64,000 nucleotides of DNA from a virus. This document shows, piece after piece, positions 36,227-46,168 of this stretch. Where the stretch lies: IMG/VR virus record IMGVR_UViG_3300045988_131275, positions 1 through 64,000 of that record, one strand, 5' to 3'. Position 1 is the stretch's first letter, and each line of letters starts with the position of its first letter. The notes below the pieces were generated by a model. It saw only the letters and a list, made by a program, of their open reading frames with translations, did no database searches and was not told where the DNA came from. The translations under genes and the position numbers were made by a program.

Positions 36227-38080
36227 TTATAGTTCTACTGCGACATCAATGATTGCGTCAGACCATTGATTCTTACGTAAGTATTTACCAATAGACTTTC
36301 TGTAATCTTGTGCCATTTTATAAGTAATAATGAAGTTTAAGTTAATTATTTCGCCTTTGTTTCTGCGATAGCTGCCTGTGCTGCTATGGACAGAAGATAG
36401 GCTATCATCATTACTTAATATCTGAGCAGAATAATTATTTTTGCGTCCTTCTACTTGTGTGTCTAAATATATGTCTGAGTTCTTATCATAATCATTTCCT
36501 AAACTAATATACCATCTAAATTTATTGTTATCAAGAACAAGAACTTTTGAAATAAATTTATCAATGATATACTTTGGTAACTTAGGTTGTGAAAAATCTA
36601 TAACCTCATTCATGGCTTGTTTTATAACCTCTATCTTCTTTTCAATTGATTCTGGTTCATCTGATTCAACTTCGTCAATTGTTAATTCAGAATTTAATAT
36701 AGAAATCTGTTCCGTGATTGTATTTTTTGATTCAGCAAACTCTTCTTTTGATATTTCACCATCTGCTCTCATTTCTATTAAGTTCTGTAATCGTTTTTGT
36801 AGTTTTTCTATTTTTAATTCTGTTTCCTTGATATTCTTTTTATTTGGTTTTACATCTTCTTCATAGTTTTCAGATATCATTTTTAATGCTAATATAACAG
36901 ATTCACCTTTATTCTTCCAAATATGTTCTATAACCATTTTTGCCATCATATCAAGTTTCCAATCTGCAACCATTCTAATTCCACAATATCCATCTGTGTC
37001 TAATCCGTTCTTTTCACGAAATTGTTTACTTCCATAATTAAGCTGTCTTTGGCATTGATAACCATATACTGCTTCACCTGTCTTATTAGTTCTCCATTTG
37101 TTTCTTCTAAAAGAACTACCACAATTACATAGAAGTTTTTTACTCCAAAATTCTTTTACGTCTTTTTTACCAGATAATTTATCGCCTACAGATTTTGTAC
37201 GTCTAGCGATTATTTTTTGCACATCATTCCATTTATTTTGTGGTATAATAACAGGAATGTTTACTTTCTGATACATATAACTGTCTCTATCAAGATTATT
37301 AATTCTCTTTTGCTCAAGATAGTTATTACTATGTGATTGACCATAAGCAAGTACACCTGTATATGTTGATTTTTTTAGTATTCTCATTACACGTTCAGCA
37401 GACCATTTTATATCTCCACTTGCATTCTTACGTTGCTGAACAGATAATGACTTAGCGATTTTCATTGAGCCAAGACCATCTAAATACATATCATAAATCA
37501 TTCTAACTGTTTCAGCCTGTTCTTCGTTAATTACATAGGTATTTCCAACACGATCATATCCTAAGATATTTCCATTACCATATAATGAGCCATTTTCTCT
37601 ACTGATTTTTTGTCCTGCTTTAACACGATCAGAAGTCTTTCGGCTTTCTTCTTGTGCTAATGTAGCCATCAATGTAAGTCGTAATTCCCCATCACCATCC
37701 ATAGTCCAAATATTATCATCTACAAAATATACTTCTATATTATATTTGCTTTTGAGTTCTCTGGTATATACTAAGGTATCTACTGTATTTCTAGCAAATC
37801 TACATACCTCTCTTGTTACTATTAAATCAAATTTCCCTTTTTTAGAGTCTTCAATCATCCTTAAAAATCCTGGACGTTTCTTTGCTTGAGTACCTGTTAT
37901 TCCTTCATCAATATACTTTTCAACTAAATTCCAATTGGGGTGGAATTTTAATTGATCGTCATACCATTGCATTTGGTTTTGTAATGCTGATAATTGTGCT
38001 TCATGTTCAGTTGAAACACGTCCATAAAAAGCAATATTTCTTGGTCTATTTCTATCGATGGACGCTATATAATTATCCAT
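36227..38080 (-). CDS. Large serine recombinase (phage integrase) (track ORF 36227..38095)
   Basis: Start at MDNYIAS follows SD AAAGGAG. FYGRVSTEHEAQLSALQNQ carries the catalytic Ser motif. Resolvase domain, recombinase domain, Cys-rich Zn ribbon (CNCGSS...YGYQC) and coiled coil. Confidence 0.85.
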   Translation of the reverse strand: MDNYIASIDRNRPRNIAFYGRVSTEHEAQLSALQNQMQWYDDQLKFHPNWNLVEKYIDEGITGTQAKKRPGFLRMIEDSKKGKFDLIVTREVCRFARNTVDTLVYTRELKSKYNIEVYFVDDNIWTMDGDGELRLTLMATLAQEESRKTSDRVKAGQKISRENGSLYGNGNILGYDRVGNTYVINEEQAETVRMIYDMYLDGLGSMKIAKSLSVQQRKNASGDIKWSAERVMRILKKSTYTGVLAYGQSHSNNYLEQKRINNLDRDSYMYQKVNIPVIIPQNKWNDVQKIIARRTKSVGDKLSGKKDVKEFWSKKLLCNCGSSFRRNKWRTNKTGEAVYGYQCQRQLNYGSKQFREKNGLDTDGYCGIRMVADWKLDMMAKMVIEHIWKNKGESVILALKMISENYEEDVKPNKKNIKETELKIEKLQKRLQNLIEMRADGEISKEEFAESKNTITEQISILNSELTIDEVESDEPESIEKKIEVIKQAMNEVIDFSQPKLPKYIIDKFISKVLVLDNNKFRWYISLGNDYDKNSDIYLDTQVEGRKNNYSAQILSNDDSLSSVHSSTGSYRRNKGEIINLNFIITYKMAQDYRKSIGKYLRKNQWSDAIIDVAVEL

Positions 38081-38093
38081 GTTATCTCCTTTC

Positions 38094-38146
38094 AAAAATA
38101 AAGCCTATTTTATATACTATTATATATAAAATAAGCCTTATTTTCA
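38094..38146. repeat. Two ~17-bp direct repeats in the integrase upstream region
   Basis: AAAATAAAGCCTATTTT and AAAATAAGCCTTATTTT separated by 16 bp of alternating AT. Candidate operator or recombinase site. Confidence 0.35.
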
Positions 38147-38162
38147 ACAGTATTTTTCTATA

Positions 38163-38297
38163 TTATGTAATCTTATACTTTTTCAAAATATTATCATAAG
38201 TTCTTTTATTAATAATGCCTTGTTCATATAAGATATTTATAATAATCAATGCACCATTTTCATCACTGATTATATTATTTGATTCTTTTGCTTTTAT
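38163..38297 (-). CDS. Small ORF (44 aa, IKAKESNNIISDENGALIIINILYEQGIINKRTYDNILKKYKIT) with no canonical start
   Basis: In frame directly behind the dut TGA. The first plausible start is ATA 38297, 7 nt after AAGGGTGA. The C-terminus resembles SHOCT-like helices. Either an AUA-initiated ORF or a read-through extension. Confidence 0.35.
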   Translation of the reverse strand: MKAKESNNIISDENGALIIINILYEQGIINKRTYDNILKKYKIT

Positions 38298-38303
38298 ATT
38301 AAA

Positions 38304-38837
38304 TCACCCTTTATTCTTGTCCGTACTACCAAATCCACCATTGCGAGAGGTTTCTACTTTATCATCTTCTGTGATTCCATACTCCATGAATAATCCTTGT
38401 ACAACATTGTCACATCTTCTAATCGTACATTCTTTATCTCCATTATTTTTCAGTTTAACAAAGATATGTCCTTCGTTATCACTGTAATAAAAATCCGAAT
38501 CCACAATACCTGTTTGATTCATAAGATTTAATCCATATTTGAACCCTAATCCGCTTCTAGGATATAACATAAGTACCCAATCAGTGTTCATTCCGCATCT
38601 GATTCCAGTAGGAATTTTAATAGTTTCGCCAGGCTTTAAAGTGAATGTCAGAGGACTTACAAAGTCATATCCTGCGCTGCCTTTTGTTGCTCTTTTGGGT
38701 AGTGTAATTGCTCCATAAATACTCTCAATCTCACGTCTGGTTGATGTATCTAATTCAGGAATATCAAATGTATCAAGCCAATCTTTTTCAAACTGTCCGT
38801 ATGTAACTTTTTCAAATTTTGCAACTCTTTTTGCCAT
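38304..38837 (-). CDS. dut: dUTP diphosphatase
   Basis: GSAGYDF, GLGFKYG and C-terminal RNGGFGSTD motifs of trimeric dUTPases. Confidence 0.85.
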   Translation of the reverse strand: MAKRVAKFEKVTYGQFEKDWLDTFDIPELDTSTRREIESIYGAITLPKRATKGSAGYDFVSPLTFTLKPGETIKIPTGIRCGMNTDWVLMLYPRSGLGFKYGLNLMNQTGIVDSDFYYSDNEGHIFVKLKNNGDKECTIRRCDNVVQGLFMEYGITEDDKVETSRNGGFGSTDKNKG

Positions 38838-38873
38838 TATATTTATCTCCTTTATGTATGTGTTTTTTTGTAA

Positions 38874-39263
38874 TTATTTCATTAATGAACTTTGGTTAAA
38901 ACCACGTTCAACAAGATATTTAATAGCTTTATCACTGTCTTTGAAGTTCATAATTTCTTTTAATGATGGTTTATATTCTCTCCAAGATGTTTTAATTTCT
39001 ATATCTAAATCTTCTTTCCATTGTTTAACATTTTTAAATAAATAATCATGAAAGAATAACTGCAACCCTTTTCTTGTCTTCGTAATTCCAAATGGAAGCC
39101 ATATATCAAGTTTTTGAATTTCTTCTTCTGCGTTGTCCCAATTTACTTTGATTATATCTGTATTTGGATGATTTTCACATATCTTATCTTTATACAAATT
39201 TATACGGAACGGTTTAATAGAATTAATCTGCACTTCTGTTATTGGTATATAATATTTGAGCAT
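38874..39263 (-). CDS. Hypothetical protein (129 aa)
   Basis: ORF track. Tightly packed co-oriented array. No motif recognised. Confidence 0.5.
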   Translation of the reverse strand: MLKYYIPITEVQINSIKPFRINLYKDKICENHPNTDIIKVNWDNAEEEIQKLDIWLPFGITKTRKGLQLFFHDYLFKNVKQWKEDLDIEIKTSWREYKPSLKEIMNFKDSDKAIKYLVERGFNQSSLMK

Positions 39264-39264
39264 T

Positions 39265-39702
39265 TTACAACTCCTTTAGCTTAGATTGTGCTTCTTCGTA
39301 TGTAAAAAAGTATCTTTTACCAATATCCTTTTTAGAAATATAATCTAAATAATTAATAAGGTTAATTGTGTCTATATAGTATTCTTTTTTACTACTACAT
39401 CCATAGTCATAACAATCATTACAATGATTACAATCATAACTATAATCATCACGTTCCATTCCTTTATGACATTTCGACCATCTAAAATCAATATAATAAA
39501 GTGTTATATCATTACTTAATTTTATTGATTGTTTAATATTGTTAGATTGTTCATAATTTGCTAATTGACGAGCAATCTTATTAAGATCTTTCCATCTTTT
39601 ATTTTTGGCAAGTTGCTTAATGGTAAGTCCTTTATCAGATGGATAACCGTCTGGATGAAACAAAATTTCTCCATTTTCACAAATACAAGTTAATCTATTC
39701 AT
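39265..39702 (-). CDS. Hypothetical Cys-rich protein (145 aa)
   Basis: ORF track. CNHCNDCYDYGC cluster. Confidence 0.5.
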   Translation of the reverse strand: MNRLTCICENGEILFHPDGYPSDKGLTIKQLAKNKRWKDLNKIARQLANYEQSNNIKQSIKLSNDITLYYIDFRWSKCHKGMERDDYSYDCNHCNDCYDYGCSSKKEYYIDTINLINYLDYISKKDIGKRYFFTYEEAQSKLKEL

Positions 39703-39703
39703 T

Positions 39704-40036
39704 TTATATCTCCCATAAATATTTTATGTAATGATTCCAATTCATTTCTAACTGTTTATATACATCTATTTTGACAGATTCCTTATCAAAATCGCCAACC
39801 CAAGGAGCAATTAGAATCTCCCATTCGCATTTACTCCAATAATAATATATAGTTGATAATTTAACTTTTTCTCTAAATTCTTCCAGTGTATAATCATCTC
39901 TGTGATTTAATAATTCGACAATTTCCTGTTTGTAACTTATATGATTAAAGATATTAAATACTTTCATTTGTCTTTTATTTATATCATATATAAATACATT
40001 CCATTCTAAATCAACGTTATTTTTAATATTCCTCAT
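39704..40036 (-). CDS. Hypothetical protein (110 aa)
   Basis: ORF track; abuts neighbouring ORFs. Confidence 0.5.
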   Translation of the reverse strand: MRNIKNNVDLEWNVFIYDINKRQMKVFNIFNHISYKQEIVELLNHRDDYTLEEFREKVKLSTIYYYWSKCEWEILIAPWVGDFDKESVKIDVYKQLEMNWNHYIKYLWEI

Positions 40037-40310
40037 AATATGTTTCTCCGTTTATTTTTGGATATTTTTGTTCTGCATTGTGTATTCTTTTAAGAGCAAT
40101 TGAACGATCATCAAACACATTTTCATCTATCTCATTAAATCCTAGTAGATATGCACGTTTGTCTTTCTTGTCTACACCACAAAACCAATTATCCATAACA
40201 GTTCTTATAATTAAATCGCACAAATCATATGTGCCTGTTTCTGGAAATACTCGTGTATAATATACGATATCTCCCTTATTAATAGTCTTCATTCTCTGAT
40301 ACTTCCTCAA
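40023..40310 (-). CDS. Hypothetical protein (95 aa)
   Basis: ORF track; overlaps neighbours by a few codons. Confidence 0.5.
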   Translation of the reverse strand: MRKYQRMKTINKGDIVYYTRVFPETGTYDLCDLIIRTVMDNWFCGVDKKDKRAYLLGFNEIDENVFDDRSIALKRIHNAEQKYPKINGETYYEEY

Positions 40311-40635
40311 AAATATCTTTCATATTACTCATGAATTTGTTATACGCTTTTACTACTTTTTTGTAGAGTTTATTATTACCTCTATCATCTGGATTATAGA
40401 ATGGTGCAAATAACGTACCGTTTGCATATCGTACATTCGTTGATACGAAGTAATCTTCTTTATCTACGGTAAGATTAAGGATAATTTCTTCTGTATACAA
40501 TGGTTTGTTCAGTATATATTGAGTTGGTGTTGCTCTGAAATTATTAGATACAAAATCTCTATCTCTAATTGGTTGTTTTACACGATATGTTTTTGGTTCT
40601 ACCATAAGATTTTTCTCCTTTTGTACGGGAGTCAA
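40279..40635 (-). CDS. Hypothetical protein (118 aa)
   Basis: ORF track; abuts nrdG. Confidence 0.5.
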   Translation of the reverse strand: MTPVQKEKNLMVEPKTYRVKQPIRDRDFVSNNFRATPTQYILNKPLYTEEIILNLTVDKEDYFVSTNVRYANGTLFAPFYNPDDRGNNKLYKKVVKAYNKFMSNMKDIFEEVSENEDY

Positions 40636-41193
40636 TTAAGACTCCCATAATACTATTTGTTTTTGTTTCAATGTTTCTTGTACATTAATAACTCTTTGAT
40701 TAGATGAACCTCTCCAATGTAATGATACATCTCTGAGTTCATCGACATATTTCCCATCTATAAGTACATCACACATCCTTACTACTTGCCTGCGAAGATT
40801 TTTAATTGCTTTTCCACGCATATTTTGAATTTTATCACCAGTTTTAATATTATCTTTAATCCAGATTTCTTCCCATGTATATCCTGTGTATAACCAGATG
40901 TTTTTAGTTGGATATGAAACTCGAATTTCATATACGATTTTTAGAACATTTTGTACGTTTTTAGGGTGTAAAGGATCACCACCGCTGAATGTAATACCAC
41001 TAATATAGTCTTTTTTTAACTCATTTCGTATTTCATTCATTGCATTTTCATCAAATGGAATCCCACTTTGCGGATTCCACGTTTGTTGATTCTGGCAATT
41101 TGCACAATGATGTTCACAACCAGCCACCCATAATACAATTCTTAATCCATCACCATTGTTTTGATCTGGATATGTTATATTATGATAATTCAT
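40636..41193 (-). CDS. nrdG: Anaerobic ribonucleotide reductase activating protein (radical SAM)
   Basis: CEHHCANCQN (CxxxCxxC cluster), GITFSGGDP, and a position next to nrdD. Confidence 0.85.
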   Translation of the reverse strand: MNYHNITYPDQNNGDGLRIVLWVAGCEHHCANCQNQQTWNPQSGIPFDENAMNEIRNELKKDYISGITFSGGDPLHPKNVQNVLKIVYEIRVSYPTKNIWLYTGYTWEEIWIKDNIKTGDKIQNMRGKAIKNLRRQVVRMCDVLIDGKYVDELRDVSLHWRGSSNQRVINVQETLKQKQIVLWES

Positions 41194-41194
41194 A

Positions 41195-41815
41195 TTATTT
41201 ATTCTCCTTTGTTAGTTCATACAATTCAGTTCTTATATAATAAGGAACATCCATTTTATATTTTTGGTATAAACTTTTCATTGTAGAAATGTCATGTCTT
41301 TTACTATTTAATGTTGTATTAATTTCTTTAGGTATCACACAACAAGTTCTTGGAGAATAAATTTTATTTCCTTCATATAACAAATCTTTGTCGATTTCTA
41401 ATGGATATTTACAATCGTATTTATAATGTGAATACCATTCAGCAAAATTTTGGAAATTACAAAATTCTTCTGATACTTTACAGCCAATATATGTAGGTTG
41501 TCTCATATGATATTTTTCGTCATAACATCTTACAAACATACTTATCCATTTTACATACTCTTCTGTTTTTACGTTATTTTTTCTTGCGGTATATTTCCCT
41601 ATGCCATAATAACCTTTATTATATACAGATCTATGATATGGATTTTTAATTTGTCCTTTCTTAATATTTTGCAGAGTAGACCAAATTTGAACATCTGGTC
41701 TATCTACAAAATTAATTAGAACATTTTTAGTATCAAGGTAGTCAATGATTTGAATTTTATACCCTTCATTAGTTATAAATACATCATTTATTTTTTGTCT
41801 AAAATCTATAATCAC
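41195..41815 (-). CDS. Free-standing homing-endonuclease-like protein (HNH-like family of Firmicute phages; paralogue of 63236..>64000)
   Basis: GTG start overlaps the nrdD exon 2 stop (ATGTGA). Shares YNxGYxGxGKYxARKNN...RCY...QPTY...FQNFAxW...DKDxL..GNK.Y....C.xxP..IN with the second copy. The family name is from memory only. Confidence 0.5.
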   Translation of the reverse strand: MIIDFRQKINDVFITNEGYKIQIIDYLDTKNVLINFVDRPDVQIWSTLQNIKKGQIKNPYHRSVYNKGYYGIGKYTARKNNVKTEEYVKWISMFVRCYDEKYHMRQPTYIGCKVSEEFCNFQNFAEWYSHYKYDCKYPLEIDKDLLYEGNKIYSPRTCCVIPKEINTTLNSKRHDISTMKSLYQKYKMDVPYYIRTELYELTKENK

Positions 41816-41902
41816 ATGCTCACCCTATCTTTAATTTCAGCATTTTTTGCCTCATTGTATCTTGTCTTACCATGAACTCTTGTGAATCCTAGATAACCGT
41901 TC
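41812..41902 (-). CDS. nrdD: nrdD exon 2 (glycyl-radical C-terminus)
   Basis: Joined to exon 1 it reads ...ITKIDR-M-NGYLGFTRVHGKTRYNEAKNAEIKDRVSM*. This restores the R-x-x-G-Y-L-G glycyl-radical motif that the track ORF lacks. Confidence 0.8.
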
Positions 41903-42224
41903 CAATATCTTTAATTACCGTCACTTTCGTAATATTTCTTATTCATATATGAATAACGGGTTGGACTATACAATCAATGTAGGATTATAGTCTCTGAACG
42001 TTCTTCATCAGCATGATCTGTTAAGAAGATTTCGCTGCGTCTGAGTGACTTGCACACTCGGTTATCCCTAACCTATCTACTTTTTATGGTTTCTACCTTT
42101 CGGCTGATATATTATAAATATGTACCGCATTCACGCTTACCATTTCTAGTTACGTTGTAGCGAGATAGGATTATGGGGATGTCCCCGCAATTTAACCTAT
42201 TTATACAGGACAAACGGATTTTCT
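41903..42224 (-). mobile_element. Group I intron (322 nt, no ORF) in nrdD
   Basis: P1: exon ACAGGAU (42231-42225) pairs with intron GUCCUGU (42211-42205) and ends in a U-G wobble. The intron ends in G (41903). R-like GUUCAGAGACUAUA and S-like GUAUAGUCC are present, plus a P4-like UGCG/CGCA pairing. Confidence 0.8.
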
Positions 42225-44305
42225 ATCCTGTCAATCTTTGTAATCATTTTACTTCCGCACTTAGGGCATATATCCATCTCCACTTGCTGATATCCACAAT
42301 CTTCACAATAGCACATTGCAAGATTTACACCTTCATAGAAACCTTTATCCATAGCTCTCAATACCAATGTCTTAATAGCTTCTTTATTGTACCCAAGATT
42401 ATATCTGCAATATTGAATTTTTCCACCATTGAAATAATTCCAGAATCTTCCTTCTTTATCTTGCTTTTCGATAGGGTTCATATTTTCTGATACATGACAG
42501 TGAAAACTATTACTTACATATTCTCTATCTGATACATTTTCTACAATTCCATAAATCTTACGGAACTGTTTAATTTGCAACCCACATAAACTCTCAGCAG
42601 GAGTACCATAAATTGCATAAAGTAAATGATCTTCTTCTTTAATTCTATTTGTATAATCATTGATATATTTCATTACTTCTAATGCAAATTCTCCATCTTC
42701 TCTGATAGATTTGCCATTATATAATCTTTGAAGTTCATTCAGTGCTGTAATTCCATAACTTAATGTCATTGGTGGCAATAATGATTTAATTTTATCATCT
42801 GGTTTCAAATGTCCACCAAGTAACCCACCTTCACAAAATGCAATGGGATTTACACTTGCTCTTAATTCGCCAATGTATTCATATGTACGTTTATGGAGAT
42901 TACGAATCATTTCAAGATAATAATCAAGAACGTCATAGAAATCTTTAGATTCTCTTCTTGCTTTAGCAAGAATCATAGGAAGATGCAGACTCACAACGCC
43001 TAAGTTAAATCTTCCTTCGAAAACAGGTTTGTCATTTTCATCCACTGGATGCATTCCACCTTTTTCATACCAAGGTGAAAGGAACGCCCTACATCCCATC
43101 GGACTTACCACTCGTTTATATTTCTTATACATTTCTGCCACATATCCATCACCTGTTAATGACAACCAATCTGGATACATTGTTTTTGCACTACATTCAA
43201 TTCCTGCATTAAATACATCTGCACTTGGATATTTTTCAGAACCATCTCCGTGTAAATCTTTGTCGTAAAGAAATACAATTTTAGGGAATAATACAGGGCG
43301 TTTAAATCCGTTTTTACCTTGACCTTCTTTATGAACATTTAACAATGTAATCGCAGCCATTTTCCCAAACTTGCTCGTAGACAACCCTACGGTCATTGTT
43401 ACAAACGGATAGTCACCTCGACTTGATCCAACGCTATTTAATTTATATTCTATCCCTTGCCATCCCTGTTCAAAGTCACGTTCTACTTTTTCAGTTGCAT
43501 ATTCACATGCTTTCTCACATCTATAATCCATTACTTCTGGAATAATACCATTTACATCTTCGCAAATTTCTAAATATTCATTGAAATATTTATCATAACT
43601 TTTCTCTGCATATGGTTCTAAAATCTTGTCTACTTCTGGTACAGTGAAACCACCATATTGTTGTGCAGCCGTTGATAAAATAATATCTCCCATAACATCA
43701 AAAGCAGTGTCCAGATAATTTGGCTCATTATACCAAATATTTCCCATTTCAAATCCATTCTTCATAACTGAACCAATATCAAACAAGCAACAGTTAAATG
43801 TGTCAAGTCTTGCACTTCTATCATGAATATAAATATATCCATCTTTCATAGCTTGCTTTTCATCATGTGTTAAGAAAAATTTCTTATATAATTGGCTACT
43901 CAATTCGTTGTAAATAAGACTTCTTTTAGTTGCTACTAATGCGCTATCTGTATTGGCATTGTTTTTATCTCCAATGTACCTGATAGCTTGACTTCTCTCA
44001 TATACCTTGTCCATCATATGAACAAAGTCTTTTTTATAATTTCTATACTCTTTATACATTTTTGCAACAACTGGAAAATCTTCTTCAAGGACAGATTCTA
44101 CAATATTGTGCATATCATAAATTTCAATATTTGAATCGTCTTCATATAATTCCTCGATTTTTTGCCAAACATCATTTAGAATAATAGAATAATCATTTTC
44201 TGAAAATTCAAACATTGCCCGTCTCGCAGCCTTGTCACAAGCATTTACAATTTTTTGTTCATCAAAATCTTCTAAAGTTCCATCCTTTTTGATAATTCTA
44301 ATCAT
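42225..44305 (-). CDS. nrdD: Anaerobic (class III) ribonucleoside-triphosphate reductase, exon 1
   Basis: ATP-cone N-terminus and overall NrdD-like sequence. C-terminal Zn site CEDCGY...CPKCGS. The track ORF runs on into the intron (ENPFVLYK*). Confidence 0.9.
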
Positions 44306-44457
44306 TCATTATCTCCTTTACCAAATCTCTTATTAAATAGTTCCTTTTCAATCTTTTCTCTATCTTTCGTTGAAACCGCCAAACATAAGCACATATACGC
44401 GACTACAAGTAAACACGCAATGATAAAAGCCCCAACTCCGACAATAACTGCACTCAT
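44302..44457 (-). CDS. Small membrane peptide (51 aa)
   Basis: Not in the track. GAGGTGG SD. MSAVIVGVGAFIIACLLVVAYMCLCLAV... Its stop overlaps the nrdD ATG (ATGA). Confidence 0.45.
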   Translation of the reverse strand: MSAVIVGVGAFIIACLLVVAYMCLCLAVSTKDREKIEKELFNKRFGKGDNE

Positions 44458-44467
44458 AATAACCACC

Positions 44468-44608
44468 TCACATATCTTTAATCTTAACTTTTAATGCTTC
44501 TAATTCTTTATATTCATCAGTATCATATCTGGTATGATCTTTGATAATCATATGGGTTTGTTCATTGCAAATAAGTTCTATAAGTAGTTTCTTCTCGTTT
44601 TCTGTCAT
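44468..44608 (-). CDS. Small ORF (46 aa), hypothetical
   Basis: Not in the track. AAGGAAG SD lies 9 nt before ATG 44608. Confidence 0.4.
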   Translation of the reverse strand: MTENEKKLLIELICNEQTHMIIKDHTRYDTDEYKELEALKVKIKDM

Positions 44609-44807
44609 TTTCTTATCTTCCTTTACTATTTTTCTTGTATATATTTATTTTCTCTTTTTATGTGTTATACTATTTGTAGTGGAGATATTTATATAAATTG
44701 TTAGTAGTCATAATTAGAATGTTTTTCTGAAAATAGTAATATCAGATTTATCCTTAGCACATTATCTTTATCTACAAGATGTAACTTATCAACCAATATC
44801 TCCACTT

Positions 44808-45005
44808 TTATGAGCAAATTCTTTTGATTTCACCGTTACCACCATCTTTACATTTCAAAATAAGATGTGTACATAATGAATCGGCACAATTTGGTTTATG
44901 TGAAATCATATCAATTACATATTCTCTATTATCAACTTCAACAGTGATAAAATTATCCCCAATACGTCTTAACTCTCGTACTAGCTCTCCGCTACTAATA
45001 ATCAC
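44808..45005 (-). CDS. Hypothetical protein (65 aa)
   Basis: ORF track. Overlaps the stop of the upstream gene. Confidence 0.45.
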   Translation of the reverse strand: MIISSGELVRELRRIGDNFITVEVDNREYVIDMISHKPNCADSLCTHLILKCKDGGNGEIKRICS

Positions 45006-45592
45006 TTCTCCTTTGTCACCTCTTTCCCAATCCCTAGCAGATATTGTCTAATTTCAGCCCAATTCTGTAATCTTTTACCTGTCCAATCTTTATTCCAACT
45101 ATATGTTCTACCAAAACAAATATTTTCTTTTGCATTGGAAGTCACAAGATTTCTTGCATTATCATCAATGAATAATCCGTCACTCATATCTATATGTGAC
45201 TTATCAGAATGTTCTTTAAGGTTTACACCAATAAATTCTATATTTGGAAATCTTTTCTTAATCCATTCTTCCTTTTGTTTAAGATTAGGTGAATATCCAT
45301 GTGACACAATTTTAATAGAATAATATTCAGATAACTCATTGATTGCACGTTCAGCCCAAGGCATGAAATGTAATCTCTCAAAGAATCTTGGCTGATTGAA
45401 GTACAGATCAATATATCCAGGTGGAGCACAATTACATTCTTCAAATCCCCAAGTATTAACAGTCCACCAATTTACATAATGGAATTTCTTGTAGTATTGA
45501 AAATCTTCATTATATAAATCAACAATCGCATCTATGGTGGCGACTAATGTTCCGTCAAAATCAACATATAATGTTTTAATATCATTTCTCAT
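45002..45592 (-). CDS. 5'(3')-deoxyribonucleotidase (HAD superfamily, NT5C-like)
   Basis: LYVDFDGTL (DxDxT nucleophile motif) and FIDDNARNL (the HAD motif IV region). Confidence 0.7.
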   Translation of the reverse strand: MRNDIKTLYVDFDGTLVATIDAIVDLYNEDFQYYKKFHYVNWWTVNTWGFEECNCAPPGYIDLYFNQPRFFERLHFMPWAERAINELSEYYSIKIVSHGYSPNLKQKEEWIKKRFPNIEFIGVNLKEHSDKSHIDMSDGLFIDDNARNLVTSNAKENICFGRTYSWNKDWTGKRLQNWAEIRQYLLGIGKEVTKEK

Positions 45593-46163
45593 CTGTGATA
45601 CCTCTTTTTGCTCTGTCCTTATTGATTACACGTACCATTTTCGCAACAGATTCTTTGATGCTTCTATCATTTAACACAAAGTAATCAACCAGATGTGATT
45701 TCTCAAAGTTGGAAAATTCTTCACTTTCTTTGATATAATTAGCTTGCCAAGAGTCATAATCTCCACGTTTCTCTGCTCTTTTTCGTAAATCATTATATGG
45801 AACATTTACCATAATAGTTACTAATTCAATATCCATATCTTTTGTTTTGAGTTTTAATTCGTAATATCCTGTGGGGTTGATAATGTAGAAGTCATTATCT
45901 AAGAGTTGCTGTTTTGTTGCGAAGTTACAATATCCTACTCTATCAGTATAAGCAATCATATTATTACGATATTTCTCTACTTCATCTGGTGAAATTAATA
46001 TATGGTCTGAATTTTCTTTTGTTTCACCTTGCCGTAAATATTGTCTAGTTGAATATGAGCGCAAGATACTCATATTCAATTGCTTCGCTGCTTCTTTTGT
46101 AACAGTTGATTTACCTGATCCTGTTCTTCCTAATACACAATATACTGTATGTATAATAATCAC
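45582..46163 (-). CDS. P-loop nucleotide kinase (guanylate/dNMP kinase-like)
   Basis: GRTGSGKST Walker A. SYSTRQYLRQGETKENSDHILISPDEVEKY resembles the S-TTR-R-GE motif of guanylate kinases. Confidence 0.65.
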   Translation of the reverse strand: MIIIHTVYCVLGRTGSGKSTVTKEAAKQLNMSILRSYSTRQYLRQGETKENSDHILISPDEVEKYRNNMIAYTDRVGYCNFATKQQLLDNDFYIINPTGYYELKLKTKDMDIELVTIMVNVPYNDLRKRAEKRGDYDSWQANYIKESEEFSNFEKSHLVDYFVLNDRSIKESVAKMVRVINKDRAKRGITDEK

Positions 46164-46168
46164 TCTCC

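Noticed and set aside
38297-38306. Programmed TGA read-through extending dUTPase by 46 aa
   Set aside because: It is possible in principle because the downstream ORF is in frame. However, dUTPase already ends with its complete C-terminal motif (RNGGFGSTD), and an SD-like AAGGGTGA precedes the ATA. Separate initiation seems at least as likely, so this is kept only as an alternative.
44306-44807. NrdR boxes directly upstream of nrdD
   Set aside because: The best candidate (ACAAATAGTATAACAC on the minus strand, about 44660-44676) is not palindromic and matches the consensus poorly. Only the pair at 53919-53965 is convincing.
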